Source: Candidatus Thorarchaeota archaeon
GTDB lineage: Archaea > Asgardarchaeota > Thorarchaeia > Thorarchaeales > Thorarchaeaceae
Direction of reading: 5' to 3'
Length of the DNA stretch: 21,074 nt
Assembly: GCA_048882385.1 (NCBI GenBank)
Contig: JBHLRQ010000052.1
Span: 1 to 21,074 of the forward strand
Shown here: positions 8,869 through 17,102 of the stretch, piece by piece
Layout of the letters: each line of letters begins with the position of its first letter
How positions within the stretch are numbered: the first letter of the stretch is position 1
Position numbers and translations under genes: made by a program
Notes under the pieces: model-generated
Told to the model about the DNA's origin: nothing
What the model saw: the letters and a program-made list of their open reading frames with translations, nothing else
Database searches by the model: none

Positions 8869-8902
8869 GAGAGGAAGCTTCCTCTCCTCCCTTTTTTATT
8901 TT
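8869..8902 (+). terminator. Putative terminator after rpl2: perfect palindrome followed by a T-rich tract
   Basis: GAGAGGAAGCTTCCTCTC (8869-8886) is self-complementary and is followed by CTCCCTTTTTTATTTT, 7 nt after the rpl2 stop. Confidence 0.75.
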
Positions 8903-8972
8903 GAAAGTATTGTATGCTAGTAATACTAGGAACCATATCTCCCTAGTTCTTCAGCATTTCAGAGGACTAGAT

Positions 8973-9155
8973 ATGCGTCTCATAGCTGTGCACTTGCCCG
9001 AGAAGATTGTTGAAGACATTCAACGCCTAGTGGACAAGGGACTCTACCCCAACAGATCTGAAGCGATTCGAAATGCAATCAGAGACCTGTTAAAACGTGA
9101 GTTGTGGGAGTCCACCTTAAACTCCAGTGGAAGGATGAGTGAGGTTATCGGATAA
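8973..9155 (+). CDS. cdrS: Ribbon-helix-helix transcription factor CdrS (cell-division regulator, CopG/Arc/MetJ fold)
   Basis: 'MRLIAVHLP...LVDKGLYPNRSEAIRNAIRDLL' matches the CdrS pattern. ATG 8973 follows an AGAGGA SD (track start 8901 is too long). Its stop overlaps the ftsZ start (TAATG). Confidence 0.88.
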   Translation: MRLIAVHLPEKIVEDIQRLVDKGLYPNRSEAIRNAIRDLLKRELWESTLNSSGRMSEVIG

Positions 9156-10414
9156 TGAAATCATTGATTGATGCCGCACGAGAACACAGTCGTGGTGAAC
9201 GAAGTCAATCTTCAGTTCGCGATATGGGACAAGCACGCATTGTTGTTGTGGGCTGCGGTGGTGCAGGTAATAACACAGTGAAACGGCTCATGACTATTGG
9301 TATCCAAGGCGCTGAGTGCATAGCAATAAACACCGACCGTCAACATCTCTCAGTTACAACAGCACACAGAAAACTCTTGATTGGTGAACGAATTACTCGT
9401 GGATTAGGCGCTGGTGGTTACCCACATGTGGGTAGAGCAGCCGCAGAAGAATCAACTGGCCAATTGACAGAACTTCTACGGGACGCTGATCTAGTTTTCA
9501 TTGCTGCTGGAATGGGTGGAGGTACTGGTACTGGTAGTGCACCAGTTGTTGCTGAGATTGCTAAGAATAGTGATGCAATAGTTGTGGGGGTCATTACAAT
9601 GCCTTTCAACCTTGAGAGAACACGTATTGACAAGGCAAAAACTGGTCTGGCACGTTTGCAGGAGAATGTAGACACTGCAGTTGTTATTGACAATCAAAAG
9701 TTGATGGAACTAGTTCCTGACTTGCCCCTTGAAGAGGCATTTGGAGTTGCAGATGAAGTATTAGCAAATATGGTAAAGGGAATCACTGAAACCATAACAA
9801 TGCCTAGCTTGATCAACCTTGACTATGCTGATGTTCGATCCATCATATGTAATGGTGGGGTTGCCCTAGTTGGGCTTGGAGAGGCTACTGGTGCCGATCG
9901 TGCAAATGAAGCAATAAAGAATGCTCTAAACAGCCCCCTCCTAGAAGTTGAATGGAGTGGTGCAACAGGAGCATTGATTCATATCACCGGTGGACCTGAT
10001 ATGAGTCTGGCTGAATCAAACAAGGTTGGTGAGTTGGTTTCAGAAAAGATGAGTCCCAATGCCAATGTCATATGGGGCGCTAGAGTTGACCCAAGGCTCA
10101 GTGGTGTTTTGCGAGTGATGCTAATCCTTACTGGTGTGAAAAGTCCTCAGTTACTTCCACGATCAAAGGAAGAGCGAAGTTTCTCATCAACAACCAAGCG
10201 TCTTGCTGAATTTGGTATAATTGGCTCACAGTCCACAATGATTGGTTCAAAAGAAGCACGAGCCCGGGCTTTTGGCAAGATCGCTGATTCACCAGAACGA
10301 ACATGGGAAGATCGGCTGAAACCATTAGAACGAACACTTGCCCGAAAGTCACCAAAGGAAAAAGAGATCAAAAAGAGAGAGATTGAGGAGCTTGGTTTAC
10401 GAAGACTTCTCTAA
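9155..10414 (+). CDS. ftsZ: Cell division protein FtsZ, FtsZ2 subfamily
   Basis: 'VGCGGAGNN', 'INTD', tubulin signature 'GMGGGTGTG', T7 loop '[10 protein letters not shown]' (FtsZ2 type), 'IWGA'. Coupled to cdrS. Confidence 0.96.
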   Translation: MKSLIDAAREHSRGERSQSSVRDMGQARIVVVGCGGAGNNTVKRLMTIGIQGAECIAINTDRQHLSVTTAHRKLLIGERITRGLGAGGYPHVGRAAAEESTGQLTELLRDADLVFIAAGMGGGTGTGSAPVVAEIAKNSDAIVVGVITMPFNLERTRIDKAKTGLARLQENVDTAVVIDNQKLMELVPDLPLEEAFGVADEVLANMVKGITETITMPSLINLDYADVRSIICNGGVALVGLGEATGADRANEAIKNALNSPLLEVEWSGATGALIHITGGPDMSLAESNKVGELVSEKMSPNANVIWGARVDPRLSGVLRVMLILTGVKSPQLLPRSKEERSFSSTTKRLAEFGIIGSQSTMIGSKEARARAFGKIADSPERTWEDRLKPLERTLARKSPKEKEIKKREIEELGLRRLL

Positions 10415-10507
10415 GATGTAAAGATTATCGCAGCGAAAAACCTCGTTATGCCTAGTTATGACTCAGGGGTGTATTTGCGTCACATGTTCACATGTTCATG
10501 GCAACTA

Positions 10508-10939
10508 CTATGCTAGACCGTGTTCTTTCAACCAGTCATCTGCAATGACTGCGACTCGCTCATAGAGAGGACCACTTCCCTCGATACCGTCCTTACTTAT
10601 TCGAATCTTATTCATGACGAGGATTATCCCTGTATCTGGGTAGAACTGGACTCCTCCAGGCGGGAAAGTCTTCTCGAGCTCCTTTGCAAGCCCCTCAAGG
10701 CTAATCTCTTTCTCTGCCACCGAGAACGAAACAATGCTGGAACCATAAAGGAATATCTTTGGAATGGTTGCTCCATCATCATCTGTAACCTCTGAGAGAA
10801 CTATGCTTAGAGTGTTCTGGTCGATTCCTTTCAGGGTACCAGAATAGGTCTTGCCTGTGTTGATTACGACTTCAACAGTAGCACCCACAACAGCTGCGAG
10901 TTCTCGGTTGAAGGCTCTCATTGCTGCGACTTCAGACAT
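10508..10939 (-). CDS. Lsm/Sm RNA-binding protein with C-terminal domain (SmAP3-type)
   Basis: Sm1 motif 'VEVVINTGKTYSGTLKGIDQNTLSIVL', Sm2 motif 'KIFLYGSSI', plus a roughly 65-aa C-domain 'ELEKTFPPGGV...GIEGSGPLYERV'. GGTGA SD. Confidence 0.88.
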   Translation of the reverse strand: MSEVAAMRAFNRELAAVVGATVEVVINTGKTYSGTLKGIDQNTLSIVLSEVTDDDGATIPKIFLYGSSIVSFSVAEKEISLEGLAKELEKTFPPGGVQFYPDTGIILVMNKIRISKDGIEGSGPLYERVAVIADDWLKEHGLA

Positions 10940-11090
10940 TTAGTTTCACCACTAAAGCAATCTAATTCAGACTGGAGGGCAAATTCAACTCGTTTTAAAA
11001 TTGGTGCTAGCACAGTATACAGTCTATCGGTGCTTAAATTGTTCAGTCTATCACCACATCACGGTTCAAACTAGAGTAGAGGCCAAAACT

Positions 11091-12026
11091 ATGGCAACAA
11101 CACAACTACAAGAAGCAAAAACAGGACCTATACATCCTGTTTTGACAACCACATGGAAATCCATTGGCCTCATTAAGTTAGGAGGAATCATGCTTACCAT
11201 TGCAGTGGTCTGGAGGATTGTAGATCAGTTTGTACTCGGTCTTGGTGCAACATGGATGAACATCTTTCCGTCAAAGCTGTTTCCATTTTTGATTATTCTC
11301 GGCTTTTTCTGGAAGTTTAGACAGAACGAGATTGACTTGGTTCTGGGTCTCTCTCGAGACAGAATACGAGGCCATCTTGCAGTTGGTATCCTAATTGGAA
11401 CCATACTCGTAGTGGGAATCGACTTCGGTGGGACCATAATCTATGCGCTCTTGCTTGATCCCACATATCCACTACAACTCTACATCCTCAATGAAGGACT
11501 GCTCGGATACATGCTTGTCTTCTTCCTGACCAATGCGTTTCTCGAGGAAACTCTGTTTCGAGGACTCCTAATCAACGGGTTCAAGACTCGGTTGTCACTC
11601 AACAGATCAATTATGCTCTCTGCAATACTATTCGGATTCTGGCATGCTGGCTGGCCCATCATCAATGGTGGAGAGGGTGTTCTGATTCAAGTATCTTCAA
11701 TGGTGTTCTTCACAACAATCCTTGGAATTTTCTTTGGAGTATACTATGTGAAGTTCACTTCTGGAAAATCACTCATTGGACCAATTACAGTTCATACAAT
11801 CATCAATTTTGTCAGTGAATGTTTCAAGATCGGTCCCGAACCAGTAATCCAAGGTCCCGACCTAGTCTTTTCCAATAGCGGGCTGATGTCTGTCACGCTA
11901 CTGATGTTTCTCTTTAGCTTCATCCCTCTCGGGTTCTTTCTCTCAAGATATCGGATGGAACGTGTCGAAAATCTGTGGCAAAAGGCAAGAGGAAAAGGAA
12001 ACACTGAAACTACTCTGAAGATTTGA
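11091..12026 (+). CDS. CPBP / Abi (type II CAAX protease, Rce1-like) intramembrane glutamic endopeptidase
   Basis: All three family motifs intact: EETLFR (EExxxR), FGFWH (FxxxH), HTIIN (HxxxN). About 8 TM. ATG 11091 follows a GAGG SD (track start 11001). Confidence 0.88.
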   Translation: MATTQLQEAKTGPIHPVLTTTWKSIGLIKLGGIMLTIAVVWRIVDQFVLGLGATWMNIFPSKLFPFLIILGFFWKFRQNEIDLVLGLSRDRIRGHLAVGILIGTILVVGIDFGGTIIYALLLDPTYPLQLYILNEGLLGYMLVFFLTNAFLEETLFRGLLINGFKTRLSLNRSIMLSAILFGFWHAGWPIINGGEGVLIQVSSMVFFTTILGIFFGVYYVKFTSGKSLIGPITVHTIINFVSECFKIGPEPVIQGPDLVFSNSGLMSVTLLMFLFSFIPLGFFLSRYRMERVENLWQKARGKGNTETTLKI

Positions 12027-12052
12027 TAATGAAAAGAAGTGAGGTTTAGATA

Positions 12053-12748
12053 ATGCAAATAGGAACAGACTTGGTAGTACTCTCAAGCATTTCAACAGTA
12101 ATCATCTCTGCAGTGATTGGAACATACTTGGGTCGAAAATGGTATAATCAGCAAGTCCGGCTCATCACGGACTTACCCCTGGTCTTTGCAATAGCATTCG
12201 TTAGTCAGGCATTCAACATCACAATACTGACTCTCCAACACACAGGAATTCTGGAAACATCCATGATACTCTTCCGAATTCGTTCAATCACGATTGGTGG
12301 TTCAATCACTCCGATTCTGGGTGCGCTCCTACAGATCTGGCTACCTCGGATTCAGAAGTATCACAACAAGATGGTCTATCTGCTCACTCTTTACTGGGTG
12401 TCAATAGCCATTTTTGGAGCAACTGAAGCATTAGTCATGATTTTGACAATCCCTGTGATGATAGTCCTCGGGATTATGATGATGTTCACATTCATCATCA
12501 CTTGGAGAACCGGACGTCTGAAAGAGGTTCGAAGCGAACTCATGATAATCTCAGTACTTTTTGGAATGGCCAGTCAGATACTACGTGTTCCTCTCATGAC
12601 CACTTCTCTGTTCTATCTGCCCGACGTGCTGTTGACAATCTCAATGCTTGTCACTGCGATTGCATTTGCCAATCCCTGGTATCATAGAGAAGTTCGGGCT
12701 AAGAGAGAGGAAACTCCACCCATGGTTTCAAGCCACGAGTATTATTAA
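12053..12748 (+). CDS. Hypothetical seven-transmembrane protein
   Basis: 231 aa with seven hydrophobic stretches by eye. GTGAGGT SD. Starts 26 nt after the CPBP gene. Confidence 0.65.
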   Translation: MQIGTDLVVLSSISTVIISAVIGTYLGRKWYNQQVRLITDLPLVFAIAFVSQAFNITILTLQHTGILETSMILFRIRSITIGGSITPILGALLQIWLPRIQKYHNKMVYLLTLYWVSIAIFGATEALVMILTIPVMIVLGIMMMFTFIITWRTGRLKEVRSELMIISVLFGMASQILRVPLMTTSLFYLPDVLLTISMLVTAIAFANPWYHREVRAKREETPPMVSSHEYY

Positions 12749-12862
12749 CTGAATGTGAAATGATGTACCGCCAAAATACACTGACGATCCTTTCCAACAG
12801 TTAGCTCCCTAGGGAATCGGTTATTAGTCTCTCATTCAGCAGCTGGATTGGGTGTCATTCCA

Positions 12863-13693
12863 ATGGTGACTCAGAAGCATTTCGCTAGGCACTATCTTCG
12901 TGAAGAGGTCTTACCTTCCGTCTACTGTCCGGGCTGCGGAGCTGGAGAGGTCAGTTCAGCCTTTCTGAAAGCAGTTGGAGACTTGGGTCATGAGGACTTG
13001 AGTAAGTTTGCATTTGTTTCTGGAATCGGGTGCAGTGCCTGGATTCCATCACCACACTTCAAGGCTGACACATTACATACCACTCATGGCAGAGCCATTG
13101 CATTTGCAACAGGTCTTAAACTGGCTCGACCAGAGCTCAAAGTAATCGTGATAAGTGGGGATGGTGATCTTGCAGCAATCGGTGGAAATCATCTCATTCA
13201 TGCAGCAAGACGCAATATGGACTTGACTGTAATCTGTGTGAACAACTACATCTATGGAATGACTGGCGGACAAGTTGGTCCTACTACTTTTACTGGAGAC
13301 CGAACTACTACATCACCCTACGGGAATCCCGAGCGACCATTTGATCTGGCCCGACTAGTCGCAGCGGCAGGGGCTAACTACGTAGCGAGATGGACAACTG
13401 CACATCCAATACAAGCAGCTCGATCTATTAGAACCGCTATTGAACGTAGAGGTTTCTCATTCGTTGAAATGATTTCTCAATGCCCTACGGCATATGGAAG
13501 AAGGACTCAAGCTGGAAGTCCTCCTGAAATGATTAAGTGGTTCAAGAACCTCCCTGTTCGTAAGAAAGATGATCCTGTTGACCATAAGGTTCCCACAAAA
13601 GAAGGAATGGACCTCGGCGTTTTTGCAGATCGAGATGAAACCCCTTTCACTGAAACTCTGCAGTTAACAATGAGCAAAATTCAGGAGAAATAG
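12863..13693 (+). CDS. korB: 2-oxoacid:ferredoxin oxidoreductase beta subunit (KorB-like, TPP-binding)
   Basis: 'YCPGCG', 'VSGIGCS', 'HTTHGRA', TPP motif 'GDGD...IGGNH...NN', 'YGMTGGQ', 'SQCPT'. ATG 12863 follows GGTG (track start 12848). Confidence 0.9.
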   Translation: MVTQKHFARHYLREEVLPSVYCPGCGAGEVSSAFLKAVGDLGHEDLSKFAFVSGIGCSAWIPSPHFKADTLHTTHGRAIAFATGLKLARPELKVIVISGDGDLAAIGGNHLIHAARRNMDLTVICVNNYIYGMTGGQVGPTTFTGDRTTTSPYGNPERPFDLARLVAAAGANYVARWTTAHPIQAARSIRTAIERRGFSFVEMISQCPTAYGRRTQAGSPPEMIKWFKNLPVRKKDDPVDHKVPTKEGMDLGVFADRDETPFTETLQLTMSKIQEK

Positions 13694-13696
13694 ACT

Positions 13697-14224
13697 ATGA
13701 GGACCGAGATACGCATTGCAGGAACCGGTGGTATGGGTGTAGTATTAGCTGGCGTGGTTCTTGGTCATGCCGCGGTAGTCTATAGTGGACTCGAGGCAGT
13801 TCAGAGTCAGAGCTACGGGGCAGAGGCTCGTGGAACAGCTGCAAAGAGCGAAGTAATCATTAGTGACCAACCCATCAAGTATCCCAAGGTTCGCAAGTCA
13901 GACTATCTCGTCGTCATGTCCCAGAAAGCTCTAGATCTGTATCTGAAAGACGCCAAGAAGAGCAGTGTTGTCATTGTTGATCCCGATTTAGCAAAAATCG
14001 AGAAAATGAAACATGACTATGAGATAGTTGAGGTTCACGCGATGAAGACTGCTGACAAGCTGGGTCTCAGAATGGTTTCTAATATGGTGATGTTGGGTGC
14101 ACTCGTTAAGAAGTCTGGTTTGTTTCCTTTAGAGAACTTAGAGAATTCAGTATCTGATTTAATCGGTGCAAAAACACTCCAATTAGATATTGATGCGATC
14201 AGAGCTGGGGGTACTCTGGTTTAA
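13697..14224 (+). CDS. korC: 2-oxoacid:ferredoxin oxidoreductase gamma subunit (KorC-like)
   Basis: 'IRIAGTGGMGVVLAG', 'QSYGAEARG', 'NMVMLGA'. Starts 3 nt after the beta-subunit gene. Confidence 0.9.
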   Translation: MRTEIRIAGTGGMGVVLAGVVLGHAAVVYSGLEAVQSQSYGAEARGTAAKSEVIISDQPIKYPKVRKSDYLVVMSQKALDLYLKDAKKSSVVIVDPDLAKIEKMKHDYEIVEVHAMKTADKLGLRMVSNMVMLGALVKKSGLFPLENLENSVSDLIGAKTLQLDIDAIRAGGTLV

Positions 14225-14499
14225 CCACCATGAATCAGCGGTAGAACGATTAGGACATCACCGTCATTAAGCTCAGTTTCAAGTCCGCCTGTGAGACCGA
14301 TATCCGAATCGTTACACAAAATCAGCGCATCACGATCCATTGTTTCAGGACTCGACCAAACATCATACACAATCCTGTCCGTTTCTATTAATTTAGTCAA
14401 TGCTTCAAAGAGACTACATCCATCACTGCAGTCTACGACTATCTTTCCATCATGAAGTTGTTTCGCTAGCGGTCCACGAAACTGAACTATGATTTTCAT
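14221..14499 (-). CDS. Ubiquitin-fold sulfur carrier / modifier (MoaD/ThiS/SAMP family, Urm1-like)
   Basis: 92 aa beta-grasp pattern, 'LILCNDSDI...LETELNDGDVLIVLPLIHGG' with free C-terminal GG. Its stop overlaps the korC stop (TTAA 14221-14224). Confidence 0.88.
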   Translation of the reverse strand: MKIIVQFRGPLAKQLHDGKIVVDCSDGCSLFEALTKLIETDRIVYDVWSSPETMDRDALILCNDSDIGLTGGLETELNDGDVLIVLPLIHGG

Positions 14500-14599
14500 T
14501 ATTATCGACCACTCGTTGAGGTAGAGTGATTATTTGATAAAGGACTTGATTTGTGCGTTAGTATTAAGTTCTATATACAGCGTTGCTTGAGATGAGAAC

Positions 14600-16120
14600 A
14601 TGACTGCGGATTGTGAATCTGAGGTTGAACCATCGATCGAAGTTGTTTCAAGCAGATACGCCAGAGTATTCGGAATCGAACGAGCAACTGCTGAAACAGT
14701 CCGTCTAGTCAAGATTCTATCTGTCTTGTTGCCTTCCTTTGCTGCAAGTTTTCAAATCAGCACAACTTTCTGGATGATCTACATCGCAGAGTCCCTTGGC
14801 AACGGTGACTACTTTGCAGGTCTCACATTTGTTGGATTGCTCGTTGTTCTCCAAATGGCAATTCAGACTTCCCTTGATTATCCCACAGGTGCTGTGGGCG
14901 ACTGGATTGGCCAACGATACGTAATAGCTTCAGCCCTTCTCTGCTATTCTGTGGCTTTCTATCTGTCCTCGATGATTGCCGCTGATACACCTGCGCCACT
15001 ATGGATTTACGTGGCAATCTATGCACTCTTTGGACTGGGCTCTTCACAGGAGAGCGGAGCTTTCAACGCGTGGTTTGATAACAACTACAGAGTTGCCATG
15101 CCACATGACAAGGACAGGAAACAATATGGAGTATTCCAGGGTCGGCTTGGAATGGTCTGGCAGGTGTCATCTACTCTTGTGCTTCTACCTGGGTCTTGGC
15201 TTGCATTCCTTTATGGAGAAACTTGGGTCTTCAGTCTGCAGGCAGTCTTTGCAGTATTCCTTGCCCTCGTCGTCTTCAGACTTGTAAGGGACCTGCCTGG
15301 AGTCAGAGATGAGAGTGAACGCCCGTTTCTTCGAGAGTATGGTTCACTTCTAAAGGATGGCTTTAGATTTCTCTGGTCCAGCCGTTTTGTCACATTAATC
15401 ATGCTGGGAGAGGTCGTGATGTTCAGTATCGGACCTGTATGGTGGAACCTCATGCTCTTCCCACTCTACTTCAGTCTGCTAGTCACACAGGTCGCAGTAT
15501 CAGCATTTCGTACGCTTGTGTTTGTCCCGCAGGCAATCGCAAATGAGAGAAGTGGAGTATTAGCGAAGCGATTCGAACCCAAGACGTGGATACCTCGATT
15601 TAGGATTCTCCAATTCATGGGCGTTGTATTCTATCTGGCTTTGGCTGCAATAGTGCATTTCTTCCCAACCATTCCTGCTGGAACAGATCCCTCGACAGTC
15701 CAATTCCTGACAATACTAATACCCTTCACGAATCTCCCGTTGATTGAGATCCCTGTTCAGACTCTTGTTCCAGTTGTCTTGCTGTTCATCGTATTTGTGG
15801 GACTAAACATGTTCGGAGCGATTGCTGGAATCCTCACTCAACGGGTCATGCTTGATGTGATTCCAAACCGTATCCGTAACTCGATGTACTCGCTTCAACC
15901 CACTCTCGTTATGCTAATATCGATGCCTCTCATTGCATTCTATGGTTGGCTGATTCCACTTTCAGGATTCACTCTACCCTTTCTTCTCAGCGCAGTGATT
16001 TCACTTCTGTCTGTAGTGATGATATGGATGGCGTTCAATAATCCGATACCAAAAGCTGATGAACTGGTTCCAGCGACTGAAAAAGAGAAGGAAGAGGTCC
16101 AAGAAATGGACGTCACATAG
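14600..16120 (+). CDS. Major facilitator superfamily transporter
   Basis: Motif A-like 'DYPTGAVGDWIGQR', 'GLGSSQESGA..AW', about 12 TM, 'IPNRIRNSMYS' in the C-terminal half. Confidence 0.85.
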   Translation: MTADCESEVEPSIEVVSSRYARVFGIERATAETVRLVKILSVLLPSFAASFQISTTFWMIYIAESLGNGDYFAGLTFVGLLVVLQMAIQTSLDYPTGAVGDWIGQRYVIASALLCYSVAFYLSSMIAADTPAPLWIYVAIYALFGLGSSQESGAFNAWFDNNYRVAMPHDKDRKQYGVFQGRLGMVWQVSSTLVLLPGSWLAFLYGETWVFSLQAVFAVFLALVVFRLVRDLPGVRDESERPFLREYGSLLKDGFRFLWSSRFVTLIMLGEVVMFSIGPVWWNLMLFPLYFSLLVTQVAVSAFRTLVFVPQAIANERSGVLAKRFEPKTWIPRFRILQFMGVVFYLALAAIVHFFPTIPAGTDPSTVQFLTILIPFTNLPLIEIPVQTLVPVVLLFIVFVGLNMFGAIAGILTQRVMLDVIPNRIRNSMYSLQPTLVMLISMPLIAFYGWLIPLSGFTLPFLLSAVISLLSVVMIWMAFNNPIPKADELVPATEKEKEEVQEMDVT

Positions 16121-16125
16121 GACCT

Positions 16126-17091
16126 CTACTTTGACATCGTCTTCTCTATTGACTTCTTGAGAACCTCTGCATTCAGCTCTCCCGCATGGAATGTCTTACC
16201 ACTCTCAATGTGGGTCAATGTTATCTCTGCAGGACTGAACAGAAGTGGGTCTACCTTATAGAAGTCGTTCCCTACACTCTTAAACAAGTCATAGAATGGC
16301 TCGCCGTACTGTTCAGACGATGATGATGGGACTTGTTTAACAATATCCTCCAAATCCTTCTCGCCATCTCTCACAAAGTAGAAAGTCCGACCACCGTAGA
16401 GGATGCAGTCGTTTGTGACACCCATTGCTCTGGCATCTTTCTTTGCTACAGGCGCGACTGGAGCCACACCATACCCCGACCTTACACGATCCAGATCAAA
16501 TTTGATTTCATGTAATTTGTGCATTCCTACCTCAACGACTCTGGCTGAAACCTGTATCGAACCCACCAGACATGCCGTGGGGGCCAGAAGACAGTAGAGA
16601 TCAGAGGTAGCAATTCCACACTTGTCCGCGATATACTGAGCAACATTCTCTGGCGGCGTTTCTCTTGTTTCGAGTAGAATCACACCAACTTTGGCATCAT
16701 CTGCATAGTCAAGATGCTTGTACAGCTTTTTCTCAACCCGGGCAAGTGCCCTTGCTGGCCCTGAACCCATTGCGAAGTAACCTTCTTCGTTGATTACCCA
16801 GCCTGCGTACTGTGAACCCATGCATGCTATCTTGGGGTGGTCAGTACTCACAACAACAGCATCTAGATCCATGTTTCCAATATGCATCTTAGTATGTCTT
16901 ACAACTCCGTATCCTCCCAGACATATCTCGCTCACTAGTCTTCCGAGCTCTTCAGTTCCTTTGACATCAATACCTGTATCAATGACAGTTGTTCCGTTCT
17001 TTAGTTCGCTCACTGTACAGTCCAAATCATCCTTTTGATTCATTATCTCCTTGGTAATCTCAAATGCGCCTTCATTTACACTGATTCTCAA
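16126..17091 (-). CDS. mch: Methenyltetrahydromethanopterin cyclohydrolase
   Basis: 'ISVNE', 'ACMGSQYAGW', 'MGSGPARALA', 'GSIQVSARVVE', 'TNDCILYGG', 'DFYKVDPLLFSPA'. TTG start with GGTGAGAGGA SD. Confidence 0.95.
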   Translation of the reverse strand: MRISVNEGAFEITKEIMNQKDDLDCTVSELKNGTTVIDTGIDVKGTEELGRLVSEICLGGYGVVRHTKMHIGNMDLDAVVVSTDHPKIACMGSQYAGWVINEEGYFAMGSGPARALARVEKKLYKHLDYADDAKVGVILLETRETPPENVAQYIADKCGIATSDLYCLLAPTACLVGSIQVSARVVEVGMHKLHEIKFDLDRVRSGYGVAPVAPVAKKDARAMGVTNDCILYGGRTFYFVRDGEKDLEDIVKQVPSSSSEQYGEPFYDLFKSVGNDFYKVDPLLFSPAEITLTHIESGKTFHAGELNAEVLKKSIEKTMSK

Positions 17092-17102
17092 GTCCTCTCA
17101 CC

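Noticed and set aside
8901-8972. N-terminal extension of the RHH ORF in the ORF track (likewise 11001-11090, 17958-17999 and 17979-18083)
   Set aside because: Downstream ATGs have SD motifs and, for cdrS, fwdC and ftr, match family N-termini. The extensions run through promoter DNA.
10415-10507. Convergent ftsZ/Lsm spacer with tandem TCACATGT x2, GTTATG x2 and a weak hairpin containing ATGA, considered as a SECIS or small RNA
   Set aside because: Neither flanking gene has an in-frame TGA, the pairing is weak and the repeats are only two short copies. Most simply a terminator region.
12590-12690. Rhodopsin or GPCR call for the 7-TM protein
   Set aside because: No Lys at the DxxxK position of helix 7 and NPWY does not match NPxxY spacing. 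Kept only as an unassigned 7-TM protein.
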